A stretch of DNA of 63,758 bases, filler included, from Folioceros fuciformis (Eukaryota), in the NCBI GenBank assembly GCA_049999805.1. It is 13 parts of 13 records of this genome, joined end to end, with 100 filler letters (N's around TTAATTAATTAA, not from the genome) between each part and the next. Parts side by side here need not be neighbours in the genome. Positions count along the whole stretch, not along the records: positions 21,014 to 26,788 come from JBNGIO010002058.1; positions 26,889 to 29,694 come from JBNGIO010002059.1; positions 29,795 to 31,929 come from JBNGIO010002061.1; positions 32,030 to 37,623 come from JBNGIO010002062.1; 9 more parts are not named here. The stretch is one strand, 5' to 3'. Position numbers and translations under genes: made by a program. Shown piece after piece: positions 25,358 through 36,980 of the stretch. Within the stretch, counting starts at the first letter, position 1. Every line of letters starts with the position of its first letter. The notes beneath the pieces are model-generated. The model was not told the origin of the DNA. It ran no database searches and saw only the letters and a list, made by a program, of their open reading frames with translations.

Positions 25358-26788
25358 TGTGGAGGCAAAACCCTGGGCACTGATTGCCAACGGGTTCCAC
25401 CTTTAGTGGCCACACTCATCCCACTGTCATTGAGACATTGGGTTTCGTTCCCACGAAGGAGCGATGGGGTTCCTTGCTGCTGTGGATGGAGGGTCGGACT
25501 TGATCAACTCGATGATGGATTCGAGGGCTCCCCTCCAGCTCCGAATCGACGTAGGACAGGCCTCGCTGTCCGGCGGTCGGCTGCACCTCTCTTGGTGCCC
25601 ACAAACTCACTCCAGTCACTACAACGACCCTAACCTCTTAGATCTGCGACTTCCCTCACACACTTCACTCACTCTCTCACTCCAGCACCAACACCAACAA
25701 CCAGCAACGACACCACTACCTTCTACACTTCCCTACTGACTCCTCCTACCCGGCAAGAGTCACTAGACTAACCCCAAAGTAAAGAAAGAAGGGAACACAC
25801 TCCCCTCTTGGATATCTCCTCCCCACAACGTTACCAGACGCCATGAGACATGGCCGGCCTACAGCACTTGTTCAAGCAAGGAACAAGAGTGGACAGGTCG
25901 AGAGAAAGACACATCCTTTACAATCAAGAGCTAGGGGCAAGCCCCTACACCCTGGCCATTACACCTTGTGATCCTACTAGACACTATACAACCGGCAACA
26001 CGCTGCCCGCGATCCTACCAGACACTGTACAGCCGGCAACACGCGGCTTGCGATCCTACTAGACGTTGCACAGCCGGCAACACACTGCAGGCCCTAAACC
26101 AAGCAGGGACAGACCACAAGAGCTCATGAAAAGAGGACCTCCAAGAGCTCACGAAGGGATAGACTGACTCCCAAAGTGAATGACTCCCTCCTCCTATAGG
26201 CTCACCTGATCTTATAGGAGCCTCTCTCTCTCTCTGACTTCACCTCTCTCTAACTTGAGAAATATTATTTTAATAGCCTAGCCGGCTATCACCAGCCACT
26301 TATTTAGACTTCTAGCACATCCTGCTACCAATGAGCTCCTGGCCCTACCACCACAAGGATCTACCACCTCTTAGACCATCCTGAGACTTCGGAGGATGTA
26401 TGATCTTCAAAGATCTGCGGACGCCGCCTCTTCCTTGCTGGGTGGCCGCCCTCTAAGTCTTCCCCTGCAACTGTTCACCCTTGGTGGCTGAGCTAGCCTC
26501 CAGGGGAGGAGTATGAGAAGTGGGAAAGATAGAGAAGAGGTGGGAAGGAGTGGGATCAGCAGCCGGAACTTGGCCTGAAAACGGTAGCTTATTCAGCGGG
26601 ATCAGCTTCCAGCCGAAATGGTTCCTCAGCCATGGAAGACTGACCCTGGGGTGTTGGGGGAGGCCCCCAACTAGGAGGAGAAGAAAGCAGATGAAACGGA
26701 GTTGAATTGGAATTTCTGGAATTAAATCCGGGAAAATAGGGATGAAAATAGAAAAGGAGAAATTAGGAAAATAAAAAGAAAATAAATA
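25358..26788 (+). mobile_element. Long LTR-like repeat inserted into the Gypsy RT; runs to the contig end
   Basis: Starts with TG exactly where the pol frame breaks, and the sequence recurs at 21014-21214 and 57091-57644. The extent beyond ~25900 is inferred. Confidence 0.75.
25970..26088. repeat. 41-bp tandem repeat x3 inside the LTR
   Basis: gatcctac.agac..t..aca.ccggcaacac starts at 25970, 26011 and 26052. Confidence 0.9.
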
Positions 26789-26964
26789 NNNNNNNNNNNN
26801 NNNNNNNNNNNNNNNNNNNNNNNNNNNNNNNNTTAATTAATTAANNNNNNNNNNNNNNNNNNNNNNNNNNNNNNNNNNNNNNNNNNNNACCAAACCATAC
26901 CACTATTAACCCTTTTTCAACCAAAACAAACTACTACCCCAAACTTTGGAGGTTCACATCGACC

Positions 26965-28505
26965 ATGTCAGACGCCATGAGGCGGGCATGGATGTGTTCC
27001 CGGAGCTGAAGGTTGTGTAGATCACTAGCCAAGGGGGAGGAGGGTTGCTTGAAGCAGATACGGTAGACGCGAGAGGTCCATCGAGGAGGTACATAAGCGA
27101 GGTGTGGCGACAATTCTGGCTGAACCCGGAGTTCCTGAACTGCGTGTTTGATGCAAGAGACAGCCATGGCCCAAGCAGGTTGCTGTACCACATTCGGCAA
27201 GGGAGTCACACATCGTTCTTGAGCGAGACAGTTGTGAGTGCCCTCAAACCACGGCCAAGTTCACGGCATTGTATGCCAATGTATGGGTTTCGTGTTGACA
27301 CTTGCGGTGCACAATGCAGGCACGGTTCTTTGGGTTCCTGCTATACAGGGTGTTGGCAACCAGCGTGCAGGTGTCTAAGCCCATGACCACGGCCACAATC
27401 GCGCACGCACTCGGCACTCAGCAGTATGGTGTGCACCGTACTTGGGAGGATGCGCGCAAATCCTCGGTACTCCGGAAGGCCTTCAAGGCGGACATGAAGG
27501 CCTGCTACCATGAGGTAATGGGCATGTTTGCCCTGTTGAAGGCAGCCGCATGGGCCCCTGCCAATCGACAACTGGCAGCCATCCAGGAAGGGGTGGCATT
27601 GTTGCTGCAGCTGATCTATAGTTGTTCCGCCACTTTTCACGCCTGAGACCAGGGCCACAATTGGGGGTGGATGTCGCGGCGCTGCAGGGGAAATTGACGA
27701 AGGACCTGCTATTCAGCAACTGCTATCCAATTGGGGGAATGGTCGGGGAGGGCTTCAGGCATGTCCTTTACAGCTTGGATTCCAGGGCACTTCTCTCGAT
27801 CGTGGACACCATGTCCTTGGAGGTTGTGAGTTTTTTCTTCTCTGGTGCCTGTGGGTGTAGACCCGAAGAGTTTCTGCGGGCGACTACTTTCCATGCATGC
27901 TCGCTGGAGACCAGGGAGATGTATGCCACAACCATTAGGCGGCTGAGCTTTGCACAAAGGGCCAAACTATACACATTCATCACAGATAGAGTTTTTTTCA
28001 GCGAAGGGGATCCAATGACAATGACGGAGGTCCCTCTCTTGGCTGATGGGCAACTGCCTACTTCAAGGACCTGCACAAGCACGTTGCTGCTCCCTCGATA
28101 CGAGTGTGTCGCCAGCATGCAAGAGCGCATTGAGGTGGCCAGAGCCCACAATGTAGTGTACGGTGTAGGGTTATTAAAGCCCAATGTGCTTAGGCTAATG
28201 TGTTTAGTCTAAGATTAGTGTCTAGTTAATGTGCTTAGACTAATGTGTTTAGTCTAAGATTAGTGTCTAGTTAAATATCATTAGTTTAGATTAGCTTAAG
28301 CTAATCTGTAGGAAGCTTCTTGCGCAGCTTCCTGTGAGCTTCTTGTGAAGCTTCCTAGGGAGCTCTTCTAGAGGGTATAAATACCCCCTTGAGCTCCCTT
28401 GCCAACTACTCTCAATGTGACCTCTTTTTCTCCTCTCCTCTCTGCCTCCTCTTCTCTTCTCCTCCACCATGCTCCTCTAGTGGTCCTACATACGGGTTGC
28501 CGTAG
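26965..28505 (+). pseudogene. HECT E3 ligase-like domain, no evident introns, frameshifted and interrupted by a solo LTR
   Basis: N-lobe-like DARGPSRRYISEVW, then LSFAQRAKLYTFIT and LPTSRTCTSTLLLPRY (catalytic Cys). Removing the LTR restores a YGLP* end. Confidence 0.75.
28164..28490 (+). mobile_element. Solo LTR (327 bp) with a 5-bp target-site duplication
   Basis: TGTAGG...CCTACA inverted termini, TACGG on both sides (28159-28163 and 28491-28495), and an internal TATAAATA. Confidence 0.93.
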
Positions 28506-29794
28506 TGAGTTGGATCCTTAGAGTTCGTAACCAAAGGGAAGGGACGAGGGATGTGCCTCTGTGCATCGATGTGGGGCTAAGAGAGTTGTCATAATTGGGT
28601 GGGTTGAGTAGTACGCTAAACCCATGCTGCAAATGCAAAACCAACATTACAACCCAATCCTACCTAGAACATCAGATGCGGCGAGCCAAGTCCTTGCTAT
28701 CTCCTAGCAAATCGGGATGGTAGACGAGAATGTCGCCTTCCTAGGCAAGGGAGCACGGGCCCATGGCTCCGCCAGCGCGAGGAGGCTGAGAGGTAAGCGG
28801 GATGGGGTGGTGAGCCTGGGCTGTTGCTGGGCCTGGGCGCACTCGCAGAGCACCTTGGAGGAGCCCTCGATGTGGCATGGGAGACGGGTAGAGAGCCTGT
28901 AAGGTCCGCGAGCGAGAACGTGGAACCCACTAGGTCGCCAGGCCCGATCGGGGTGTCGGTAAGGGCGCTTGGCATGGGATGAGTGGCCGCCTGGTGGGCA
29001 CGACTGGGTGGGGAGCATGCTTGGTTGCCGGGCCTGGACGGACAGCCAGCGATGCCGCCATGGCTGGCATTATGAGGCTACAGATGGGCCTGCGGTGTGG
29101 GAGAGGACGGGCGGATTTGCCTTGTGCAGTGAGCCGGCCATTGATTGCCAAACCTGCAAGCGGAAATGCAGGCACCAATAGGATGGTGTGGTGCAGGGGA
29201 TGAGGGGGCTAGGAGGATTGTTGCTTAGATGAAGAGAGGGGGTGGGCGGGAGCGCAATGGGAGGTGACGACAGGAAATGAGAGCTATCGTGAGGAGTGCA
29301 AGCAACGGGTGAAGGAGGCATAAATGCTAGGCGGCACTGTCGGTATAACAACTGGATGGCTGAGATGTGGAGGCGATGATGAGTGGCTTGCATGCAGTTG
29401 CTGGCAGTTGGGGCAGGCTTGTCTAGTTCAACTAAGCCAAACGTGTCACACATGGCACGAGTGTATGCCGAACTTGCCTGCGCGGCCAACAGGGGGTGCA
29501 GTGTGATAAGGGGCGCGGCCAGCAGGAGCTGCCGTAGTGTGATCGGAGGCGGCAGAACCTGCGAGCGCAGTGAGATTGCAGGGGGAGCAAGAGCAGTGGC
29601 ACTGCGGTCGCATAGGAGAGGAGGAGTGGGCGCAAAGCGATTACAGGAGGGGGTAGGAGCAGGCGCAGTGCCATCGCTAGTGTGGGCGTTGAGANNNNNN
29701 NNNNNNNNNNNNNNNNNNNNNNNNNNNNNNNNNNNNNNTTAATTAATTAANNNNNNNNNNNNNNNNNNNNNNNNNNNNNNNNNNNNNNNNNNNN

Positions 29795-31210
29795 TGTGCA
29801 TTGCAGGTCAAGTTACGACAGATCTTGTTCGATGGGCTCAGCGGTATGCAGTCTCATCAGTATAGCATTGCGCGTAACTTGATCAGATTTAACTACGATG
29901 GTATGGACGTGTTCTTGGAAAGCAGTGGGGATATTCGGGACGAGACCGGGGACATCGGGGATCGTGTTGACATTTTGATGAGGTCAGTCAAGAGCAAAGA
30001 CGAAACGATCCAGTTTCTCGAGCAGCGTATTGTTGCGGAACTGAGAGCATTCTGTGCCTCTCCTGAAGGCAGTCCTGGAGTTGAACTAGTAGACGGGATC
30101 ATCAGGACTGAGTGTGTGGAGAAGCTCACTCTCTGTATTCACCGACACAGTCAATCGGTTCTCAACCAGCGTTTGATGGAGTGCCTTCTAGATCATCACA
30201 AAAGCCATCCAGTACAGACTTCCTCCGGCTCGAAGTCGTCCGATTATCGATGGTGCTGGCCAGAAATGCCTGAAGCCGGTCTATCCTGTGTATACGAGAA
30301 AGCCAGGGATCTGTTAAGTAGCGAAGAGGTGCAGTCTGATTTGCAGCAGCGTGGGCCCCGTCCATCCCTCGACGCAACGAGTGGCCCTTCAGCTGGAACA
30401 AGTCAGCCACAGGTACCGCCTATACTCAAGTCAGGGAAGGAACTATCATACCCTAACGAAAGGGTTAAAGGAGGTCACCGGAGAGGTCTTGCAATGATAG
30501 TCAGCATGGAAGACCACAGACGTGGAGGACAGGTAGACAGAGGGCAGCTTAAATCTCTCTTCGAGATGTTGAAGTTTCATACAGATATCGTGGTGAACAG
30601 TCTTAAGGAAGGGACATCAAGGTTGAAAGGCATTCTTAGGGGTCCTCGCCTAGCTGAAGACGACTGCTTTCTGTTTTGCGTGAACGCCTTTGGTGGGACT
30701 GATGAAGACGGAAGAGAGTATGTTTGCTCAGGTGAAGCAGTGAATGCGGAGAAACTGTATGTTGAAGAAGATATTTTGAAGCCCATCGGTGAATGCGAGT
30801 ATTTGGCAAACAAGCCCAAGGTGGTTGTCATAAATGCTTGTCGAGGCACTGGCAGTCTGGTCAGAAGCATGAAAGCACAGGGGTCGGGCCCCGCCAACCT
30901 TGCCACGACCAGCAAACCCGAGCGGTCAGACGTTGAGGGAAGCCAAGGGCCCAGCAAGAGAATCCGACACTTGTATCACGCGAAAGATTTTCTCATCGTC
31001 TTCTCTACCAGTCCTGGAGATTTATCCTTCAGAGATGTTCAGGAAGGCACAAACTTCATCATAGCTTTCGTGAGAGCCATCATTAAGCACTCGCGAACCG
31101 AAGATGTGGTGAGCATTCTAACAAGAGTGATTGGGAAGGTCACCAAAATGCAGGGAGTGCAGTGTCCCCAGTTCCTCAGCACACTCACGGGAAAGCTATA
31201 CTGGTCTTAA
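29795..31210 (+). CDS. 5'-incomplete TORNADO1/ROCO-like protein (COR-region end) fused to a caspase-type peptidase C14 domain (p20+p10)
   Basis: N-part: LQVKL..VDILMRSVKSKDET..GIIRTECVEKLT..RHSQSV..YRWCWP..EKARDLL resembles TRN1. C-part: RRGLAMIV, RRGGQVD, DDCFLFCVNAFG, CEYLANKPKVVVINACRG, DFLIVFSTSPGDLSFR..GTNFI, ILTRV, QCPQFLSTLTGKLYW. Confidence 0.85.
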   Translation, partial: CALQVKLRQILFDGLSGMQSHQYSIARNLIRFNYDGMDVFLESSGDIRDETGDIGDRVDILMRSVKSKDETIQFLEQRIVAELRAFCASPEGSPGVELVDGIIRTECVEKLTLCIHRHSQSVLNQRLMECLLDHHKSHPVQTSSGSKSSDYRWCWPEMPEAGLSCVYEKARDLLSSEEVQSDLQQRGPRPSLDATSGPSAGTSQPQVPPILKSGKELSYPNERVKGGHRRGLAMIVSMEDHRRGGQVDRGQLKSLFEMLKFHTDIVVNSLKEGTSRLKGILRGPRLAEDDCFLFCVNAFGGTDEDGREYVCSGEAVNAEKLYVEEDILKPIGECEYLANKPKVVVINACRGTGSLVRSMKAQGSGPANLATTSKPERSDVEGSQGPSKRIRHLYHAKDFLIVFSTSPGDLSFRDVQEGTNFIIAFVRAIIKHSRTEDVVSILTRVIGKVTKMQGVQCPQFLSTLTGKLYWS

Positions 31211-32029
31211 CCACTCCATTCTCTGCAAATGCCTGGTTGGCTAGCGTGAGGAGCGTGTGGTCAGGGCCTGTAGTGACTTCCATCAAGTGTTAGGTATCAA
31301 GTGTCTCTCTAGCTACATACTGTACTGCCAGCTTATTGGTGTGTCGAACTGCCTCTGGTCTGACCTTCTCACGTCTCCTCCCGTTCTCTGCCTGGCGTTG
31401 GGAGCTTGTGCTTTCGTGTCACAGTGATACCAGTGATAGCACGTTTTGGGTTTGGTGCTGTGGCCGTAGTTTCTCCTGGTTTGGACTACATCTTTCTCTC
31501 TCTTCCTCTTTCAATAAAGCCCGGGTTCTCTCCACTAAATACTGACCGACATACAGTACATGTACTATATTTAATACTCTTGTCCCGATCAGCAGCAGCC
31601 AAGAACGTTCTCGATCGCGCAGGAAACGTGTGGGCCGGCCAATCTCCGGGCCGACCGACCACCAGTGGAATACAGTACGGTGTTGCAGCGTACTGGGAGC
31701 TGCCAGTAGTGACATGCCTGACATCTCTGTGTCGGTGCAGATTCAAAAAATAGTAGACCGACCTGGTTTGCGCTGTGTTGAGCTCTGTTTCCGTTTGTGC
31801 AGTTACCGTGGGAATTGGCAGAAACTCCAAAAGCGGATTTCAAGTAAATTCTGGTTGATGAATCTCCAGTTGCCTAATGCACAGGTTGATTTCAAGTAAG
31901 TTGTTCTTCCCGGGATCCTTCAGGATGTCNNNNNNNNNNNNNNNNNNNNNNNNNNNNNNNNNNNNNNNNNNNNTTAATTAATTAANNNNNNNNNNNNNNN
32001 NNNNNNNNNNNNNNNNNNNNNNNNNNNNN

Positions 32030-32466
32030 TGTGTGAAGAGAGGGGTGGGAATCATGTAGTGCAAGGACAACCTGGCTATGCTATGGTTGTGGGTGAGAAA
32101 AATTGCAAGTGGATTCGCAAGCTTTCAGTGAATGGTGCCAAGATGTTCTTTTTTCTAGTCAAGGTAGGGCTTCATGTGGCTGCTGGGATAGACATACCAA
32201 ATGGTATGAAAGGACTTGCATTAGGTACAGAATCCATCTTGGCCAATAGTGAATTGGTACTAATGCAAGCCACAGATAGGGATGATGGGGAAGTGGCCAT
32301 GGATGGAGAGTTGACAGAGCTTCTTGAGTCCCTTCGATCTCAATGCCAAATGTGGAAGTTATTTGGGTTGCAACAAGTGAGATACTTGGAAGACAAGAAA
32401 GCAGCATGGCTGTGTGATGAATGCATAATGAAGTGCAAGGATAGGGGGCTTGTTGTAGATTGTTGA
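32030..32466 (+). CDS. 3' end of a TORNADO1-like gene (canonical C-terminal domain)
   Basis: CEERGGNHVVQGQPG, LVKVGLHVAAG..IP and FGLQQVRY..KKAAWLC parallel the TRN1 motifs CE..MHVVEDQ.G, RIGA..AAG..IP and FGLWRVRY..IAWIC. Confidence 0.8.
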
Positions 32467-33524
32467 TTTTCGAAGATTAGGAGTATGAAATGTAATAGGT
32501 TTGCTTTACTATGCCACTTTGTATGTAGCATTGCAATGCACCACTATTAATCATATATTGTAATGAAGGATTTGGATTCAAAAGCATGGTTGTATTTTAT
32601 TCTATGAATGATGATGAGAAATAGTGTAATCCAATGTTAGTTAGCATAACATTTTATGAATCGAATATTATGAAAGAGACTTAAGACGAAAGCCTAGAAT
32701 CCATATTTGTAGGTTGTGGGAACATTTGCTCACTTCCGCATGCGACATGCAGTGCTAAGGGTTTAGATATGTGGGCAAGCTCTTTTGTTGACATTTTCCA
32801 TCCTGATGCCAGTAGCCCCAATTAAACATAACGTAGTGAAAGAAGGATTCTGGTCAAATCAAGTACAGTGGTTGGACAATAGGTCTAAGAGGGTAACGTA
32901 TGTTTTGTGCTCAAGATTCCTTGTTGAGCTGTGCTCTTTTAGTCGATTGTCTCCCTCATGTGCTCCACTCCTAACAATTGGTCTCATGAAGCAATTCGCA
33001 TGTAACAGCAACACTTTAAAGGTGGCTATCTAGATTGACTATTCCTCCACCTCTTTGGGTTTATACTTATACGGAGATGCAAACCCATCATGGCCTCGAG
33101 ATGGCAGGGCAACTTTTCACATCTCCAAACATACACCTTCGGCTTTCAGTAGGCTCTCTCGAGATTGACAAATGGTTGAAGGAGACTAGAGTAGGAGGCC
33201 TTTAACGATGACCAACTCAAAACTCCAACATTAGGATGGGGGAAGGCTATGTGTAGCAAAACCTTTGGATCCTTGTTGTGAGACCTTGGGGCACATATTC
33301 ATGATTCTACTGAATGGAATTCCTCTTATAGAGTATGAGGCTATCATTGCTTCCTAGTACTTGAAAGACCTTAAGTATGGCTTGGCAAGATGTCTAGCCA
33401 CGTGATAGTGATTCAACAGCTAATAGTATTGATCCAACAACTAATAGTATTAATAGAATCAAGAGTGCACGGTCCCATTGTGTCATTCGTGGAGGAGGTT
33501 GCGATAGAATCAGCACTAGTTGAT

Positions 33525-33611
33525 GGCCTACGAGAGTTAGTGAGTACCAAGGGACATGATCTAGTCCTTGGCCTACGAGAGTTAGAGTACCAAGGGACAT
33601 GATCTAGTCCT
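33525..33611. repeat. ~45-bp tandem duplication
   Basis: ggcctacgagagtta(gt)gagtaccaagggacatgatctagtcct occurs twice. Confidence 0.85.
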
Positions 33612-33870
33612 CGCAGTTCCGTAGGCATTTTAGATCAGCAGTCATCCTTCTCGGCTGGACAAGGACGACAAAGGCCTGACGTTTGGTGCCGTGCAGCGCT
33701 CAAGGCATTCGGTGTCCTCATCAATTGCTGTGGAAGGAACTCGGTAAGCAAAGCGAACCATACCCGAACCTTGTTTCTTTGAAAACAGAGCAGTGGACTC
33801 AGCATGAAAATCCCGTGCTGAATCTTAGCATCCCACATCCACCAGAGCATAGAGATAGGTACTGGGAAGG

Positions 33871-34073
33871 CCAAGGTGTCCCAGTCTCTACTTCTGTGTC
33901 ACCCCTTAACGGAGAGGAAACTAGCTTGCACCTTCCTAGTCCAAGGTGTCCCAATCCCCACTTCTATGTCACCCCCTCACGGAGACAAAAACTAGCTTGC
34001 ACCTTCCCAGTGAAAGGTGTCCCATCCTCTACTTTTGTGTGTCACTCTTTACGGAGAGAAACTAGCGCGCACC
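33871..34073. repeat. ~70-bp tandem repeat x3
   Basis: aaggtgtccca...acttct.tgtcac...acggaga..aaactagc..gcacc occurs three times. Confidence 0.85.
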
Positions 34074-34280
34074 ATGCTGAAACCGAAGAGGGAACAAGGC
34101 GAACACCAAGCATCCAAGCGGGCAGATCATTGTTTGTCATTAGGAAGACTTGGGTCAGGCAAAGGCAGTTATTGCGAATCGCAAGGGATCGGGTGTAAGA
34201 GAGGAGACAGGTGCACCTCGAGTTGATCTGGTTGGTCGGACAAGGATACCATCACCTCAATTTGAGTGCTGCTGTCACTT

Positions 34281-36380
34281 GGCATCCATTCATTAGTCTC
34301 TTACCATGAAGGGCCATGAAGAGGACAAGCAGACTCATCAGTAGTACAAGAATTATCACCTCGGGTCCGGTAGCTCGGCGAGCCAGGAACAGCCAGGGAA
34401 GGAAAAGGCGCCATGGACAGACACGCATGCGATGGGGGAGAGGGAGGCCTTCGTCTTTCTGGAGTTTGTGACTGCCTCTTCTTCTCTACTACTGCCTTCA
34501 TCCGTTTTCGTACCAGTCCCGACCTCCTGCCTCTCTGCCAACTTCATAGGGGTGGCGGCTGGATTTGGCAGACGATGCACCACCATGGAAGCCATGAAGA
34601 GAGGAAGATAAAGTAAGCTTGACAGGAATAGCTTGCGTGCCGTTGCAGACGACGACTGGAGATAAAATTGAGATGCCATCAAAGGCATGCAAGTTATCAG
34701 CATGCTTGTCTCCACCGTGAAGTACTTGGAAGTTGTACCCCCTGTTCAGGAACGTGGCAAGACAGATGAAATTGCATCTGAGAGACCACAACTCCCCAGG
34801 CAATACGGCACATGAAGCTTCGACCCGTCACTACTTACATTGGTAAGCTAAAAACCCGAGAGGAAAGAGATAAATGCAATTCCGACGAGCTGCGGAAGCC
34901 GTTCTTCTACCAGAAACATCAAGAAGTGAGAGCATCTTGTACCTGAATCACAACGTCTTGTCAAACATCAGAAGTAATTTTGCCGAAATCTGAGACAGGC
35001 TAGTCGTCTCGTCTTCTTCGATTGAAGACATTAATGAAGCAAAATACCAGAAAATAAAAGAGCCTAAGCCATACCCTCCAGCTGCATAATCACTTCGGCA
35101 GAGAAATGCCAAAGCCATGAAATGCGGAATCTGCCAGAAGTACAAAGCACCAGCAAGCACCCAGCTTGCCGGATCAAGGTGTCCAGAGGCAGCAGCCCAT
35201 CTGCCACCAGCGAGTAAAATCATGAGTGGCAAAGACTCATCTTCCAATTAAGCTAACCCTGAAGGCACACAGCTAAAGCACAACAGGAAACGCAGTAACA
35301 CTGTTGTCTCTATAACACAACGGAACATGGACAACAACATCACGCAAGAGGTAGCCCCACGCATGACCAACTACAATTTCAATTGCAAGTGGTGCCACAA
35401 ACTCAACCTACCCCATGAGCGGAGGAATGGCACCAACAACTGCCCCAACCCAAGTATTAACAGGATGGATCTGCTTGAGAGGAGTGTATGCGACGGTGTA
35501 CAACGCGATGTTCGCAGCTCCTAAGGTGGCTGTCAATGCGTTGGTCTGCAACACAGTTGAGAAAGAAATTTCCCATCAAAACCGAGAACGAGAGCTTTGA
35601 CACAGCAAACAGGATATATGTTTGTTAAGGCGGGCGCCCTAACAAAAAGCAGAGTCACTCCACACCATCCCGTGGTCGGAAGAGTTCGAATGGAGAGAGA
35701 GCAACCTTCCAGGCTAGTACAGTAATGCCAGTAACGCCAAGACAGGCGGCCCACACCAAAACATGAGACACAGTCTCGCGCCCTGACGGCAGCGGCCTTC
35801 GCATGGTCCGCTTCATAACAGCATCGTTGCCAACTTCCATCGCCTGGGCCATCAATCCATGGCATCAGCCTGGAACCAAAGTTCACGGAATTCATGCATG
35901 GGCAGCATTCCCCGAGCTGCAACATCATCTGCAAACCGCAAAAACTAGCACCTGGTTGAATGCGTTGGCAGATGCAGCAGCCATCATGGTCCCAGCTGCT
36001 GTCCACAACCTCTCCGCTTCCCACTACAAATCCTACTCCTGCAGTAGACACGACCAGCATGCTGCAACCAGCAGGGAGGGTGGATCCACATGTCAAAATC
36101 CTGCAATTGGCATCCAGGCGAGACACAGTTCTATTGTTCGGCAGATCTCACTTGAGCCGTGCCTTGGATAGCTGCCAATAGCATTGCCCGTAGTTGCCGT
36201 ATGGCCTCCGCCAGCGGCCTGGATGTATGGGGCAAGACATCGGTCCGTCCGGCAGCTGGTGCTGCTGCTGCCAGAGCTCAAGAAGCTGAAGCAGAAGATC
36301 GGCGCACACCGAGGACCAGGAGAGCGCCGCTTCTCCAGGCCCCCGCCGCTCTGACCAGTGCTCCCAGCGTCATGGCCATT
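34281..36380 (-). pseudogene. COX10: Protoheme IX farnesyltransferase (heme O synthase), intron-containing, with frame disruptions
   Basis: [78 protein letters not shown]. There is a frameshifting deletion near 36000, a stop in exon 1 (36278) and a C-terminal frameshift. Confidence 0.8.
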
Positions 36381-36980
36381 CCCACCTGCCAGAGAGCGCG
36401 TCGACACCAGTGAGGAGCACCAGGAGCTTTGAACAACTGGACGCCACTGGAAGCCGGGCGACCATACGGTGACCGGACGCGCCGGGGGGAGTGGGACCCC
36501 TTAGTGACCGGATGCACCGATCATCTCAAGCCCTATTCTCATCATCGTCGGTGACGGAAGAGCGATCGCCATGCAGCTGCGTGATAGGGTAGGAAGGGAA
36601 TGAGTTGCATCGTATGGGTTGCAGAAGAAGAAACAACGAGAACAAGGATGGAATTCATTTATGGAGATCCTTGCCCTACATGTTGTCCATCAACCGTACA
36701 TGTAAGCTGAATTTTTTTGAATCAGATCACTTGATCCGATTTAGTGGTCTCCCCTTTGTTTGGACGCGCAGTGATGCCGTATCTGCAAGATTTCATCGCA
36801 AGTATGTGATGTTCTTACTGAAACATCTTTTCCTCCGATTTCAGCCGTTGCTGTATTGCAAGCCTTCCGTTTCTGATGTCTCCCAAAACCCTAAGACTTG
36901 AGCCATGTCTATACAGTTTTTCGGACCGTCTTATGGTTTATCTGTACTGCAAGACTGATGACATATGGTCCCTTGTGCAG

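Noticed and set aside
25358-26958. A single solo LTR spanning the linker (TG...CA)
   Set aside because: The flanks differ (CTTAA vs TCGAC), so there is no TSD, and a linker intervenes.
28690-29694. GC-rich overlapping ORFs downstream of the HECT remnant
   Set aside because: No recognisable domain in any frame; the ORFs are explained by GC content.
30449-31210. Ordinary plant metacaspase
   Set aside because: It lacks the metacaspase YSGHG and DxCHSG motifs and has the caspase-type KPK...ACRG and p10 signatures.
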